This document shows positions 1 to 10,088 of a DNA stretch of 64,000 nt, in pieces. Positions within the stretch are counted from its first letter, which is position 1. Every line of letters begins with the position of its first letter. A program made the translations under genes and the position numbers. The notes beneath the pieces were generated by a model, which saw nothing but the letters and a program-made list of their open reading frames with translations, did no database searches and was not told where the DNA came from. Source of the DNA: an uncultured bacterium (GTDB taxonomy: Bacteria; Bacillota; Clostridia; Lachnospirales; Lachnospiraceae); the NCBI GenBank assembly GCA_905214675.1, contig CAJMMS010000002.1, positions 9,519 to 73,518 of the forward strand. Reading direction: 5' to 3'.

Positions 1-396
1 ACAATGGGAATCTGGCTTACCGTAGTAAGTTTTATCTATCTGAAAGTGCCGTTCTTTGCAAATCTGTTTGCAAATGAGGAACAGCACCTGACGGGTTATT
101 TTGTACTGTTTATTGTGGCGGCTTTGTTCAACGGCTTTAATGTGCGTGACGATGGACTTGCAATTTTTTCAGGTCTGAATGAGAATAAAGATTTTCTGAA
201 AGTATTTCTGATTATTATAATCGTGCAGGCATTGCTCGTAAATGCGGCAATCGTTCCGCTGGCTCCGTTCCAGTGGATCGGAGAAATGTTCAGCTGTGTT
301 CCGTTTGGAATCAGGGGCTGGATTGCGGTGATCCTGCTGGCATTTACCATGATACCTGTGGATATAGTGCGTAAAGCATGCGTAGGTAAACAATAA
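1..396 (+). CDS. C-terminal fragment of a cation (Ca2+-type) P-type ATPase; 5' end lies outside the window
   Basis: Open frame from the window edge; hydrophobic helices with LFNGFNVR and FSCVPF..GWIAVILLA, typical of the P-type ATPase C-terminal domain. Confidence 0.75.
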   Translation, partial: TMGIWLTVVSFIYLKVPFFANLFANEEQHLTGYFVLFIVAALFNGFNVRDDGLAIFSGLNENKDFLKVFLIIIIVQALLVNAAIVPLAPFQWIGEMFSCVPFGIRGWIAVILLAFTMIPVDIVRKACVGKQ

Positions 397-483
397 GTAT
401 ATCCAAAGTGGGAAGTGCGGTACCCAAATGGGATCGCACTTTTTCCGCCTGTGAAGAGAAAAAGGGAGAAGGGGGAGCCACCT

Positions 484-1821
484 GTGGAAAAGAAGATAAA
501 GATGCAGAAGGTAAGTACATGGAGTATTGGAGTTACCTGTATTCTGGCTGTTTTGTTTGCATTTGTTTCGATTGTGGGGCAGAAAGAATTTCAGGTATTA
601 GAAACAGCGACTGATCAGTATATTGCCTGCGAGAATGCGGCCAGAAAGCTGCAGGATGGCTCTGACTATCTTACGGAGCAGGTACGGCTTTATGTGATGA
701 CGGGAGAAGTTCAGTACATGGATCTCTATTTTGAAGAGGCGATGATTACAAAACGAAGAGAAAAGGCACTGGATACTCTGAAACGATATTTTGATAAAAC
801 AGAAACGTTTGGTTCCTTAAAGGCAGCATTAAGTTGTTCGCAGGAACTGATGAACAGCGAATATTATGCCATGCGTCTGGTGGCAGAGGCGACCGGCATG
901 GATAAAAATACATGGCCGCAGGAAGTTGCGGAAGTGCTGCTTTCCGAAACGGACAGTGCGCTTGGCGCAGAGGGAAAAATAAAAAAAGCACAGCAGATGG
1001 TCTGTGACAATACGTATCAGGAAGCGAGAACAGAGATAGAAGAAAGCGTCACTTCCTGTATGGACAGCCTGATCGAACAGACGAAAAACCGGCAGGGAAG
1101 GGCAACTTCAATTTTTTCTGATATGTATCGTAAACTTGAGATCAGCATTGTACTTCAGGTGATTCTGACGCTTGTAATCTGCCTGATCGTACGCAAACTG
1201 GTCGTAAGACCGCTGATCAGTTACAATGAAAACATTAAAAAAGGTGAAATCTTTCCGGTGATCGGAGCCAGTGAACTGCAGAAGCTGGCAGAGACTTATA
1301 ACAAAATCTATCAGGAGAATCAGGAGACACAGAAACTGATCCGCCATCAGGCAGAGCATGATGCACTGACAGGCACACTGAACCGCGGGTCATTTGAAAA
1401 AATTTTACATATTTACGAAGAAGGTGCGATGTCTTTCGCACTGCTCCTGATCGATGTGGATATTTTCAAATCAGTTAATGATACCTACGGACATGCAGCC
1501 GGCGACGCGAGCCTGAAAAGAGTGGCAAATCTGCTGAAAATGACGTTCCGGAGCATTGATTTTGTGTGCCGGATCGGCGGAGATGAATTTTCTGTGATCA
1601 TGGTGGAGATGACAAGTGACCTGAAATACACGATACAGGATAAGATTGATGCGATCAATGAAGAACTTTCCAAAGAAGAGGAGGGGATTCCGGCCGTATC
1701 CTTAAGTGTCGGAGTGGCTTTTTCCGACCGTGAAAATAAGGGAGAGAGCATCTTTAAAGACGCAGACAAGGCACTTTATTATGTAAAAGAACATGGCCGC
1801 CATGGATGCAGTTTTTATTAA
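484..1821 (+). CDS. Membrane-anchored diguanylate cyclase (two TM helices, extracellular sensor, GGDEF domain)
   Basis: HDALTG...DVDIFKSVND...GH...RIGGDEF; intact RxxD I-site (RSID) five residues before GGDEF; GTG at 484 follows a GGGGAG Shine-Dalgarno (SD); the ORF track starts at 415. Confidence 0.9.
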   Translation: MEKKIKMQKVSTWSIGVTCILAVLFAFVSIVGQKEFQVLETATDQYIACENAARKLQDGSDYLTEQVRLYVMTGEVQYMDLYFEEAMITKRREKALDTLKRYFDKTETFGSLKAALSCSQELMNSEYYAMRLVAEATGMDKNTWPQEVAEVLLSETDSALGAEGKIKKAQQMVCDNTYQEARTEIEESVTSCMDSLIEQTKNRQGRATSIFSDMYRKLEISIVLQVILTLVICLIVRKLVVRPLISYNENIKKGEIFPVIGASELQKLAETYNKIYQENQETQKLIRHQAEHDALTGTLNRGSFEKILHIYEEGAMSFALLLIDVDIFKSVNDTYGHAAGDASLKRVANLLKMTFRSIDFVCRIGGDEFSVIMVEMTSDLKYTIQDKIDAINEELSKEEEGIPAVSLSVGVAFSDRENKGESIFKDADKALYYVKEHGRHGCSFY

Positions 1822-1941
1822 ATGAAGAGAAGAGAGTCCACTTTTTTTTCACACAAAACTGTGTTAAGATAAGAAAGTAATGTCAGGTTTCTGACAGCAT
1901 CAACTATATAAGGGAGAGGCCCGTAAGGGCAATACAGGAAA

Positions 1942-2847
1942 ATGGAATTTAGACGGACAAAAAACGGAATCTGTGCCGCAATGCTGGCATTTTCGCTGGC
2001 AACTGGCAGCATGGCACCGCTTCTGCCGGTGCAGGTACAGGCAAAGACCAGTACTACAACAAAGAAAAAAACAACAAAAAAGACAACAAAAAAAAGTGAT
2101 GGTTCCAAAATATTGCTGGACCGTTATAAAAAGGATGAATCCAGATATCTGGTGATGGCATATGTAGGAACGAAAGGAAAGAGGATTTCCGTGCGAAGTG
2201 CCGCTTCCTCCAAAGGCAAAAAGCTGTACAGCATTCAGTACGGAGATGCCATGGTGGTCAACCCGAACCGCATCCGTAAAGGAAAAAAGACAGCGTGGGT
2301 TCCAGTGTATCTGCATCACAAGAAAAATACCGGTAATAAAAAATACGGAGCGTGGAAAACTGCTTATATCAAAGTGACAGATATCAAACTGTCGGTACTT
2401 GATATGAAAAAGATGGTCAACAAGTATAATAAATACAGTGCAAAGGCGCTCCGCTACGGACTGAAATATTTAGGTTCCTATCATGAGAACGGAGGTATCC
2501 GTAACGGGGTACAGTACGGAACAAATATGAAAGGTGGAGTTGCCTGCTCTTATTTTGTGAACCGCTGTTATCGGGCAGCCGGAAAAAGCATGCCGCCGTC
2601 GTTCATGAGTGCGATCCTTAAAGCATGCAAGCGTGTGAAACAGTCTGAGATGCGTCCGGGTGATATTATTTTTTATTACGATGGAAGCACACTTGGACAT
2701 GTGGCCATTTATATGGGAAATGGTTTTATGATCAGTGCTTCCGGTCATTACGGGCAGCATTACCCGAACGGGGGAATCTGTATCAAACGCGTCAATTATG
2801 GCTCCAGAGGGCTGTTCAATGCCAAAATTGGCCGTGTAAAGACATGA
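1942..2847 (+). CDS. Secreted NlpC/P60 (peptidase C40) cell-wall hydrolase with a basic K/T-rich linker
   Basis: Signal peptide ending VQA; ACSYFV, PGDIIFY and GHVAIYMGNG motifs. Confidence 0.8.
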   Translation: MEFRRTKNGICAAMLAFSLATGSMAPLLPVQVQAKTSTTTKKKTTKKTTKKSDGSKILLDRYKKDESRYLVMAYVGTKGKRISVRSAASSKGKKLYSIQYGDAMVVNPNRIRKGKKTAWVPVYLHHKKNTGNKKYGAWKTAYIKVTDIKLSVLDMKKMVNKYNKYSAKALRYGLKYLGSYHENGGIRNGVQYGTNMKGGVACSYFVNRCYRAAGKSMPPSFMSAILKACKRVKQSEMRPGDIIFYYDGSTLGHVAIYMGNGFMISASGHYGQHYPNGGICIKRVNYGSRGLFNAKIGRVKT

Positions 2848-2865
2848 TAAGAAAAGAGGTTTTTT

Positions 2866-5781
2866 ATGATAATCAAAGATTTGCAGGCATATGAACTGGT
2901 AAAAGAGGAAATGCTTGACGATATTCAGTCAAAAGGTTATCTGCTGCGCCACAAAAAAAGTGGTGCACGGATTTTATATATTGAAAACGAGGATGATAAT
3001 AAGGTATTTCATATTACATTCCGCACGCCGCCGACAGACAGCACCGGAGTGGCACATATCCTGGAGCACTGTTCGCTTTGCGGAAGTGAAAAGTTTCCAT
3101 CGAAAGATCCTTTTGTAGAACTGGTCAAAGGTTCTCTGAATACATTTCTGAATGCGATGACCTATTCGGATAAGACCATGTATCCGGTTGCCAGCTGCAA
3201 CGACAAAGATTTTGCAAATCTGATGCATGTGTACCTGGATGCGGTATTTAAAACCAATATTTATAAAAAAGAAGAAATCTTCCGACAGGAAGGCTGGAAT
3301 TATCAGATTGAGAAACCGGAAGATGATATTACTTATAACGGTGTTGTTTACAATGAAATGAAGGGGGCCTATTCTTCACCGGAGGATGTACTGGATCGGG
3401 AAATCTTAAATGCACTTTATCCGGATACGCCATATGGCTTTGAATCCGGAGGAGATCCACAGTGCATACCAGATCTTAGATATGAGGATTTTCTGGCATT
3501 TCACAGTAAGTATTATCATCCATCCAATTCGTATATCTATCTTTACGGGAAAATGGATATCTGTGAAAGGCTGCAGTGGATGGATAAGGAATATCTTTGT
3601 GCATATGAGAAAAAAGAAATCGATTCTGTGCTTCCGGTACAGAAACCATTTGAAACGATGCATGAGATCTGCAGGAAATATTCGATCGCAGCTTCTGAAT
3701 CGGAACAGGATAATACCTATCTTTCCTGGAATGTATCCATTGGGACCAGTCTGGATGTAAAACTGGTAACAGCATTTTCCATTCTTGAATACGCACTTTT
3801 ATCAGCACCGGGGGCACCGCTGAAACAGGCATTGCTGGATGCCGGTATCGGAAAAGATATCATGGGCTCCTTTGAGAGCGGCATTTTGCAGCCGTCTTTT
3901 TCCGTGATCGCAAAAAATGCCAATCTTGCTGATAAAGAAATGTTCCTTTCTGTGATCCGAAACGTACTGGAGGATACGGTAAAGAACGGCATTGATCAGA
4001 AGGCACTGCTTGCCGGTATCAATTCTTCGGAATTCCGTTTCCGAGAAGCAGATTATGGTTCTTATCCAAAGGGTCTGATGTATGGCATTGATATTATGGA
4101 CAGTTGGCTGTACGATGAGGATGAACCGTTTGCTTATGTAAAACAACTGGACATTTATGACAAGTTGCGGGACGCAGTCGGAAGTGGCTATTATGAGGAA
4201 CTGATACAGAAGTATCTGCTGGATAATCCGCATGCAGCTATGGTGATCGTAGAGCCGGAAAAAGGACTGACAGCGAAGATCGAGGAAGAAACGGCAAGGA
4301 AGCTGGCAGAGTTTAAAGCCGGATTAAGCGAAGCAGAGCTTCAGGAACTGATCGAAAAGACCCGGAAACTCCAGAAATTCCAGCAGACACCATCTACCCA
4401 GGAAGAACTGGAAAAGATTCCGATGCTGACAAGGCAGGATATCACAAAGAAATGCAGACCATTTGTAAATACAGAACTGTCTTATGGAAAGATACCGGTA
4501 CTGTGGCATGAAGTTCCAACAAACGGTATTGCCTATCTGACACTGTTTTTTGGACTGGAAGGCATTTCAAAAGAGGATCTTCCTTATGTAGGGCTTCTGA
4601 AAAATGTACTTGGAATGATCGATACGGAACATTATGCATATGGCGATCTTTTCAATGAGATCAATGTCCATAGCGGCGGTATCGGAACCGGTATTACGGT
4701 ATTTCCGGATAAAGATGTACAGAAAATGCGCCCGATGTTTACGGTAAGCGCACGGACGCTGTATAACAAGCTGGATTTTGTGTTTGAGATGATCGAAGAA
4801 ATCATCTTTGCATCGAAGCTGGATGATGAGAAACGCCTGCGGGAGATTCTTGCAGAGCAGAAATCCAGGACGCAGATGCGCATTACCACGGCCGGACATT
4901 CGGCAGGAGCAACACGTGCAATGGCATATTTCTCTGATATTGCCGCATTCTGTGATCTGACCGGAGGAATTGCGTATTATGATCTGCTGAATAAACTGGA
5001 TGGTGACTTTGAAGAACAGAAAGTGTCATTAAAAGAAAAACTCAAAGAACTGATGACGAAAATTTTCCGCCAGCCGGCTATGACGGTCAGTGTTACCGCG
5101 GAAAAATGCGGTATGGAAGGAATGGAAGAAAAGGTAAAACATTTATATGAAAGACTTTCAAAAAAAGAAATACAGTCCGTCCGTGAAACACTTGCCTATG
5201 GAAAACAGAATGAAGGGTTCCAGACTTCAGCAAAGATCCAGTATGTGACACGTGCCGGAAATTACCGCATGGCAGGATATGAATATACGGGGGCACTGCG
5301 TATCCTGAAAGTGATCATGAGTTATGGATATCTTTGGGAAAAGGTCCGTGTAGAAGGCGGGGCATATGGCTGCATGAGCGGCTTTGGCAGAAATGGCAAT
5401 TCGTACTTTGCTTCCTACCGTGATCCGAACCTGAGAAGAACAGATAAGGTTTACGAAGGCATTCCAGAATATGTGGAGCATTTCGAGGTAGAGGACCGCG
5501 ATATGACAAAATACATCATCGGAACGATCAGTGAACTGGATACTCCGCTTACGGCAAGGGCACAGGGCTCCAGATCGGATGCTGCCTATTTTGGAAATAT
5601 GACGGAAGCTGATATCCAGAAAGAGCGTGACCAGATTTTAAATGCGACCCAGGAGGACATCCGGGCACTTGCGCCGCTGATGCGTGCCATTCTTGAAGGC
5701 AATTATTTCTGTGTACTTGGAAATGAAGATACACTGGAAAAAGAAAAAGAACTGTTTTTAAATCTCAGACCACTCGGATAA
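2866..5781 (+). CDS. Insulinase-family metallopeptidase (M16C, presequence protease-like)
   Basis: HILEH inverzincin motif; KGSLNTFLNAMTY; RVEGGAYG; SYRDPN; 971 aa. Confidence 0.92.
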   Translation: MIIKDLQAYELVKEEMLDDIQSKGYLLRHKKSGARILYIENEDDNKVFHITFRTPPTDSTGVAHILEHCSLCGSEKFPSKDPFVELVKGSLNTFLNAMTYSDKTMYPVASCNDKDFANLMHVYLDAVFKTNIYKKEEIFRQEGWNYQIEKPEDDITYNGVVYNEMKGAYSSPEDVLDREILNALYPDTPYGFESGGDPQCIPDLRYEDFLAFHSKYYHPSNSYIYLYGKMDICERLQWMDKEYLCAYEKKEIDSVLPVQKPFETMHEICRKYSIAASESEQDNTYLSWNVSIGTSLDVKLVTAFSILEYALLSAPGAPLKQALLDAGIGKDIMGSFESGILQPSFSVIAKNANLADKEMFLSVIRNVLEDTVKNGIDQKALLAGINSSEFRFREADYGSYPKGLMYGIDIMDSWLYDEDEPFAYVKQLDIYDKLRDAVGSGYYEELIQKYLLDNPHAAMVIVEPEKGLTAKIEEETARKLAEFKAGLSEAELQELIEKTRKLQKFQQTPSTQEELEKIPMLTRQDITKKCRPFVNTELSYGKIPVLWHEVPTNGIAYLTLFFGLEGISKEDLPYVGLLKNVLGMIDTEHYAYGDLFNEINVHSGGIGTGITVFPDKDVQKMRPMFTVSARTLYNKLDFVFEMIEEIIFASKLDDEKRLREILAEQKSRTQMRITTAGHSAGATRAMAYFSDIAAFCDLTGGIAYYDLLNKLDGDFEEQKVSLKEKLKELMTKIFRQPAMTVSVTAEKCGMEGMEEKVKHLYERLSKKEIQSVRETLAYGKQNEGFQTSAKIQYVTRAGNYRMAGYEYTGALRILKVIMSYGYLWEKVRVEGGAYGCMSGFGRNGNSYFASYRDPNLRRTDKVYEGIPEYVEHFEVEDRDMTKYIIGTISELDTPLTARAQGSRSDAAYFGNMTEADIQKERDQILNATQEDIRALAPLMRAILEGNYFCVLGNEDTLEKEKELFLNLRPLG

Positions 5782-5803
5782 CAGACCAGGAGGATAAGTA
5801 TAA

Positions 5804-6712
5804 ATGACAGAGAAAAGTTATAAATCCGGTTTTGCAACGCTGATCGGACGGCCAAATGTAGGGAAATCTACCCTGATGAACCATCTGATCGGACAGAAGA
5901 TCGCAATCACTTCAAACAAACCGCAGACAACAAGAAACCGGATCCAGACGGTCTATACGGATGAGAGAGGTCAGATCGTATTTCTGGATACACCAGGTAT
6001 TCACAAAGCAAAAAACAAGCTTGGAGAATATATGGTAAATGTAGCAGAGCGCACGCTCAATGAGGTCGATGTGATCCTCTGGCTGGTAGAACCGAGCACT
6101 TTTATCGGGGCTGGTGAGCGGCATATCGTAGAACAACTGAAAAAAACAAAGACACCGGTGATCCTGATCATCAATAAGATCGATAAGGTAGATAAAAAAG
6201 AAATCATCAAATATATGGATGCGTACCGGAAAGTCTATGATTTTGCAGAAATTGTAGCAGTATCGGCTCTGCGCAGTGTCAATATGGATACGGTGATCGA
6301 GAGCATTTTCAAATACCTGCCGTACGGACCGCAGTTCTATGATGAAGATACCGTAACTGACCAGCCGCAGCGCCAGATCGTGGCGGAGATGATCCGGGAG
6401 AAGGCTTTGCGTTGTCTGGAGGAAGAAATCCCGCATGGGATTGCTGTTTCCATCGAAAAAATGGCGGAACGGAAAGGCGGAAATATCTGTGATATTGAAG
6501 CAACGATTATATGCGAACGTGATTCTCATAAAGGGATCATCATCGGAAAAGGCGGACAGATGCTTCGCAGGATCGGTTCCCAGGCAAGGCGTGATATTGA
6601 AGAGATGCTGGAAGAAAAGGTCAATCTCCAGCTTTGGGTAAAAGTCAAAAAAGACTGGCGGGACAGTGATTTTATGATCAAGAATTTCGGGTATGACAAG
6701 AAAGATATCTGA
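5804..6712 (+). CDS. era: GTPase Era
   Basis: GRPNVGKST, QTTR, DTPG, NKID, and the KH-domain motif IIIGKGG. Confidence 0.97.
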   Translation: MTEKSYKSGFATLIGRPNVGKSTLMNHLIGQKIAITSNKPQTTRNRIQTVYTDERGQIVFLDTPGIHKAKNKLGEYMVNVAERTLNEVDVILWLVEPSTFIGAGERHIVEQLKKTKTPVILIINKIDKVDKKEIIKYMDAYRKVYDFAEIVAVSALRSVNMDTVIESIFKYLPYGPQFYDEDTVTDQPQRQIVAEMIREKALRCLEEEIPHGIAVSIEKMAERKGGNICDIEATIICERDSHKGIIIGKGGQMLRRIGSQARRDIEEMLEEKVNLQLWVKVKKDWRDSDFMIKNFGYDKKDI

Positions 6713-6736
6713 CACCCGTAAACAAAAAGAAAGAAA

Positions 6737-7525
6737 ATGATGAATGGCATGGATGATAAAATTGCCCTGACCGGTCTGGTGATGGTGGCAGCACCGATCG
6801 GGGAGGCAGATAAAAGGCTGGTACTTCTGACAAAAGAAAGAGGAAAGGTAACGGTTTTTGCAAGAGGTGCAAGACGGCCGGGCAATCCATTTCTGGCTGC
6901 TGCCAATACGTTTGCTTTTGGCACATTTTTTGTGCAGGAGTCAAGGAGTGCGTACCGTCTTGCACAGGCTGAGATCAAAAACTATTTCCGGGAAATTTCC
7001 GAAGACATGGAGAGTGCCTGTTATGGCAGTTATTTTCTGGAGTTTGCAGATTATTATGCCAGAGAGAATGATGATGGAACAGGGTTGTTGCAGCTTCTTT
7101 ATGCAGCATTGCGTGCGCTTCTGAATCCAAAACTGGATAACCGGCTGGTACGCTACGTTTTTGAACTGCGGGCCATGACGGCAGGCGGGGAATATCCGCA
7201 GGTTTTTCAGTGTGCAAGATGTGGTTCAAAGGAAGATCTGTGTGCGTTCTTACCGGAAAAAAGCAGTGTATTGTGCCGGAAGTGCGCGGCTGAGGTTCCG
7301 GGGCATGTAAACGTACAGGAGTCTGCAGTTTATGCCATGCAGTATGTGATCACAGCACCGGTTGGCCGGCTGTTTGCTTTTGCATTGTCGGAGCAGGTGA
7401 TGAAAGAATTTGTCCGGGAGATTGATGATTTCCGGAGGCGTTACATAGACCGGCAGTTCAAATCGCTGGAAATCCTGGATATGATGCAGCATGCCAGAAA
7501 CGCTCTTTACAAGGACGGTCATTGA
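6737..7525 (+). CDS. recO: DNA repair protein RecO (start could be the ATG at 6749)
   Basis: GEADKRLVLLTKERGK..ARGAR; CxxC...CxxC zinc finger; canonical era-recO synteny. Confidence 0.93.
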   Translation: MMNGMDDKIALTGLVMVAAPIGEADKRLVLLTKERGKVTVFARGARRPGNPFLAAANTFAFGTFFVQESRSAYRLAQAEIKNYFREISEDMESACYGSYFLEFADYYARENDDGTGLLQLLYAALRALLNPKLDNRLVRYVFELRAMTAGGEYPQVFQCARCGSKEDLCAFLPEKSSVLCRKCAAEVPGHVNVQESAVYAMQYVITAPVGRLFAFALSEQVMKEFVREIDDFRRRYIDRQFKSLEILDMMQHARNALYKDGH

Positions 7526-7622
7526 TGGTATCATGAAAAATGGCATGCAGAAAGTGGAAACAACAGACCTGTATGTACGAAAAGCAGCGGCAGGAACCGT
7601 TGTGGTGAGGCGGGGATATATT

Positions 7623-8363
7623 ATGAAAAAATGGAAGGGAGTCCTGACAGTTTTTCTGGCAGCGTCGTGCCTTGGCGGGTGCAGTCAGTTCAAGGCTGAG
7701 CACAATGCAGTAAAATTGAAAAAGGACGGCAGTGTACAGGCGGCTGTGATCGATACTCTGGATAAGTCTTATTACAGCAGAGAGGAACTGGAAAAAGCGG
7801 TTGATGATGCAGTGGCGCAGTACAATGACTCACAGGAAAAGTCACCGATCGTTGTGAAAAAGTTTTCCGGTGAAGAAAGTAATGTTGAACTGTATATAGA
7901 TTATGCCGCAGCAGAGGACTATCAGAAATTTAATAATGTTACTTTTTATGCAGGAGATCTGCAGGGGGCGTACGATGGAAAGTATGAATTTCCGGATGAA
8001 TTTCTGAAAGTAGAGAATGGAAAAGTCACAGAAACGGTGACAAGATCCGATATTCTGAGCGGACTGAATTATGAGGTGCTGATCTATTCAGAAGAGATGG
8101 ATGTGGAAGTGCCGGGGAAGATTTTGTACATCAGTTCCGATGCAATGGTGACAGGAAGAAAAACGGTGACCAACATTCCGGAAGAGATACAGAAGCAGGA
8201 AGAGACTGAGACATCCGGAACATCGGAAGAAGAGACACAGGCAGATGGAGCAGAAAAGGGACAGTTCGAGGTAGAATCGGACAGTGAAACACAGACAGAG
8301 ACCGCGGATGATTCCGGGGAAGAAACAAAACATACACTGACGTATGTAATATATCAGATGTGA
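7623..8363 (+). CDS. Hypothetical lipoprotein with an acidic E/T-rich tail
   Basis: MKKWKG start, hydrophobic stretch, LGGC lipobox; SD GAGGCGGGG upstream; the ORF-track start at 7491 is probably over-extended. Confidence 0.75.
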   Translation: MKKWKGVLTVFLAASCLGGCSQFKAEHNAVKLKKDGSVQAAVIDTLDKSYYSREELEKAVDDAVAQYNDSQEKSPIVVKKFSGEESNVELYIDYAAAEDYQKFNNVTFYAGDLQGAYDGKYEFPDEFLKVENGKVTETVTRSDILSGLNYEVLIYSEEMDVEVPGKILYISSDAMVTGRKTVTNIPEEIQKQEETETSGTSEEETQADGAEKGQFEVESDSETQTETADDSGEETKHTLTYVIYQM

Positions 8364-8477
8364 GATGACTTCCGCCTCTGAAGGCGGCGGGCAACAAGTA
8401 TCAATCAACGTGAATAAAGAAGGAAACTTCTTTGAATATATGTATATGCCGCAGAAGCGGCCGACAGGAGGACACAC

Positions 8478-9866
8478 ATGGAAAAAACAATGGAAAAGAT
8501 CGTGGCACTGGCAAAATCCAGAGGTTTTGTATATCCGGGTTCCGAGATTTACGGAGGTCTGGCAAATACCTGGGATTACGGTAATCTTGGTGTAGAACTG
8601 AAAAACAATGTGAAACAGGCATGGTGGAAGAAATTTATTACCGAGAATCCGTACAATGTAGGCGTTGACTGCGCAATCCTGATGAATCCACAGACCTGGG
8701 TAGCATCCGGACATCTTGGAGGCTTTTCAGATCCGCTGATGGACTGTAAAGAATGTCATGAGCGTTTCCGTGCAGATAAGCTGATCGAGGACTTCTGCGA
8801 TGAGAAAGACATCGCACTGGAAGGTTCAGTAGATGGATGGACACAGGAACAGATGCGTGATTTCATCGAGGAGCATCAGATTCCATGCCCGACCTGCGGC
8901 AAACATAATTTCACAGATATCCGCCAGTTCAACCTGATGTTCAAGACATTCCAGGGTGTAACAGAAGATGCGAAAAATACAGTCTACTTAAGACCGGAAA
9001 CAGCACAGGGTATCTTTGTAAACTTTAAAAACGTACAGAGAACATCCAGAAAGAAGATTCCGTTTGGTATCGGTCAGATCGGTAAATCATTCCGTAATGA
9101 GATCACACCGGGTAACTTCACATTCCGTACCAGAGAGTTCGAGCAGATGGAACTGGAGTTCTTCTGTGAGCCGGGTACCGACCTTGACTGGTTCCAGTAC
9201 TGGAGAGCGTTCTGCATTGACTGGCTGAAGAACCTGGGTATGAAAGAGGATGAGATGCGTGCGCGTGATCATTCACCGGAAGAACTGTGCTTCTACAGCA
9301 AAGGAACGACTGACATCGAGTTCCTGTTCCCGTTTGGATGGGGCGAACTGTGGGGTATCGCAGACCGTACGGACTATGACCTGACACAGCATCAGAATGT
9401 ATCCGGACAGGATATGAGTTATTTTGATGATGAGAAGAAGGAAAAATACATTCCGTATGTTATCGAGCCTTCTCTGGGTGCAGACCGTGTGGTTCTGGCA
9501 TTCCTGTGCAGTGCTTATGATGAGGAAGAACTGGAAGGCGGCGATATGCGTACTGTACTGCATTTCCATCCGGCACTGGCACCGGTTAAGATCGGTGTGC
9601 TGCCGTTGTCAAAGAAACTGAACGAAGGTGCAACCAAAGTATTTGAACAGCTCTCCAAAAAATGGAACTGCGAATACGATGACCGCGGAAACATCGGAAA
9701 ACGTTACCGCAGACAGGATGAGATCGGTACACCGTTCTGCGTAACCTATGATTTCGATTCCGAAGAAGACGGAGCCGTTACCGTTCGTGACCGTGATACC
9801 ATGGAGCAGGAGCGTATCAAGATTGAAGATCTGGCAGCTTATTTCGAAGAAAAACTGGCATACTAA
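8478..9866 (+). CDS. glyQS: Glycine--tRNA ligase (homodimeric type)
   Basis: [46 protein letters not shown]; highly expressed codon style. Confidence 0.97.
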   Translation: MEKTMEKIVALAKSRGFVYPGSEIYGGLANTWDYGNLGVELKNNVKQAWWKKFITENPYNVGVDCAILMNPQTWVASGHLGGFSDPLMDCKECHERFRADKLIEDFCDEKDIALEGSVDGWTQEQMRDFIEEHQIPCPTCGKHNFTDIRQFNLMFKTFQGVTEDAKNTVYLRPETAQGIFVNFKNVQRTSRKKIPFGIGQIGKSFRNEITPGNFTFRTREFEQMELEFFCEPGTDLDWFQYWRAFCIDWLKNLGMKEDEMRARDHSPEELCFYSKGTTDIEFLFPFGWGELWGIADRTDYDLTQHQNVSGQDMSYFDDEKKEKYIPYVIEPSLGADRVVLAFLCSAYDEEELEGGDMRTVLHFHPALAPVKIGVLPLSKKLNEGATKVFEQLSKKWNCEYDDRGNIGKRYRRQDEIGTPFCVTYDFDSEEDGAVTVRDRDTMEQERIKIEDLAAYFEEKLAY

Positions 9867-9971
9867 GATGGTTTTGTCACGCACCATTTATAGAAAGAGG
9901 AGTTTTCTCTGACTAAGATGGACTGTACAAAATATACAAAAAATAATAGATAAAATGCAATAAACTATACA

Positions 9972-10017
9972 AAAAGCAGAAAGAACCTTGTGGGACTTTC
10001 TGCTTTTGTGCTATAAT
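9972..10017 (+). promoter_or_regulatory. Inverted repeat (likely glyQS terminator) abutting the extended -10 of the pfk gene
   Basis: AAAAGCAGAAAG-N12-CTTTCTGCTTTT followed by TG-c-TATAAT at 10009-10017. Confidence 0.6.
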
Positions 10018-10088
10018 AAAACAACTATGATGCCAGGGTCAAAAAGATTTTGACAAATGCTCAAAAAAGTATAAGGAGGACTTGTGTT

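Noticed and set aside
1822..1941. c-di-GMP riboswitch between the GGDEF gene and NlpC/P60
   Set aside because: Only two short hairpins (TGTCAG/CTGACA, GCCC/GGGC); the conserved c-di-GMP-I motifs are missing.
8364..8477. T-box leader upstream of glyQS
   Set aside because: The gap is only ~115 nt, with no AAGGTGGNACC-type T-box and no terminator; just two small hairpins.
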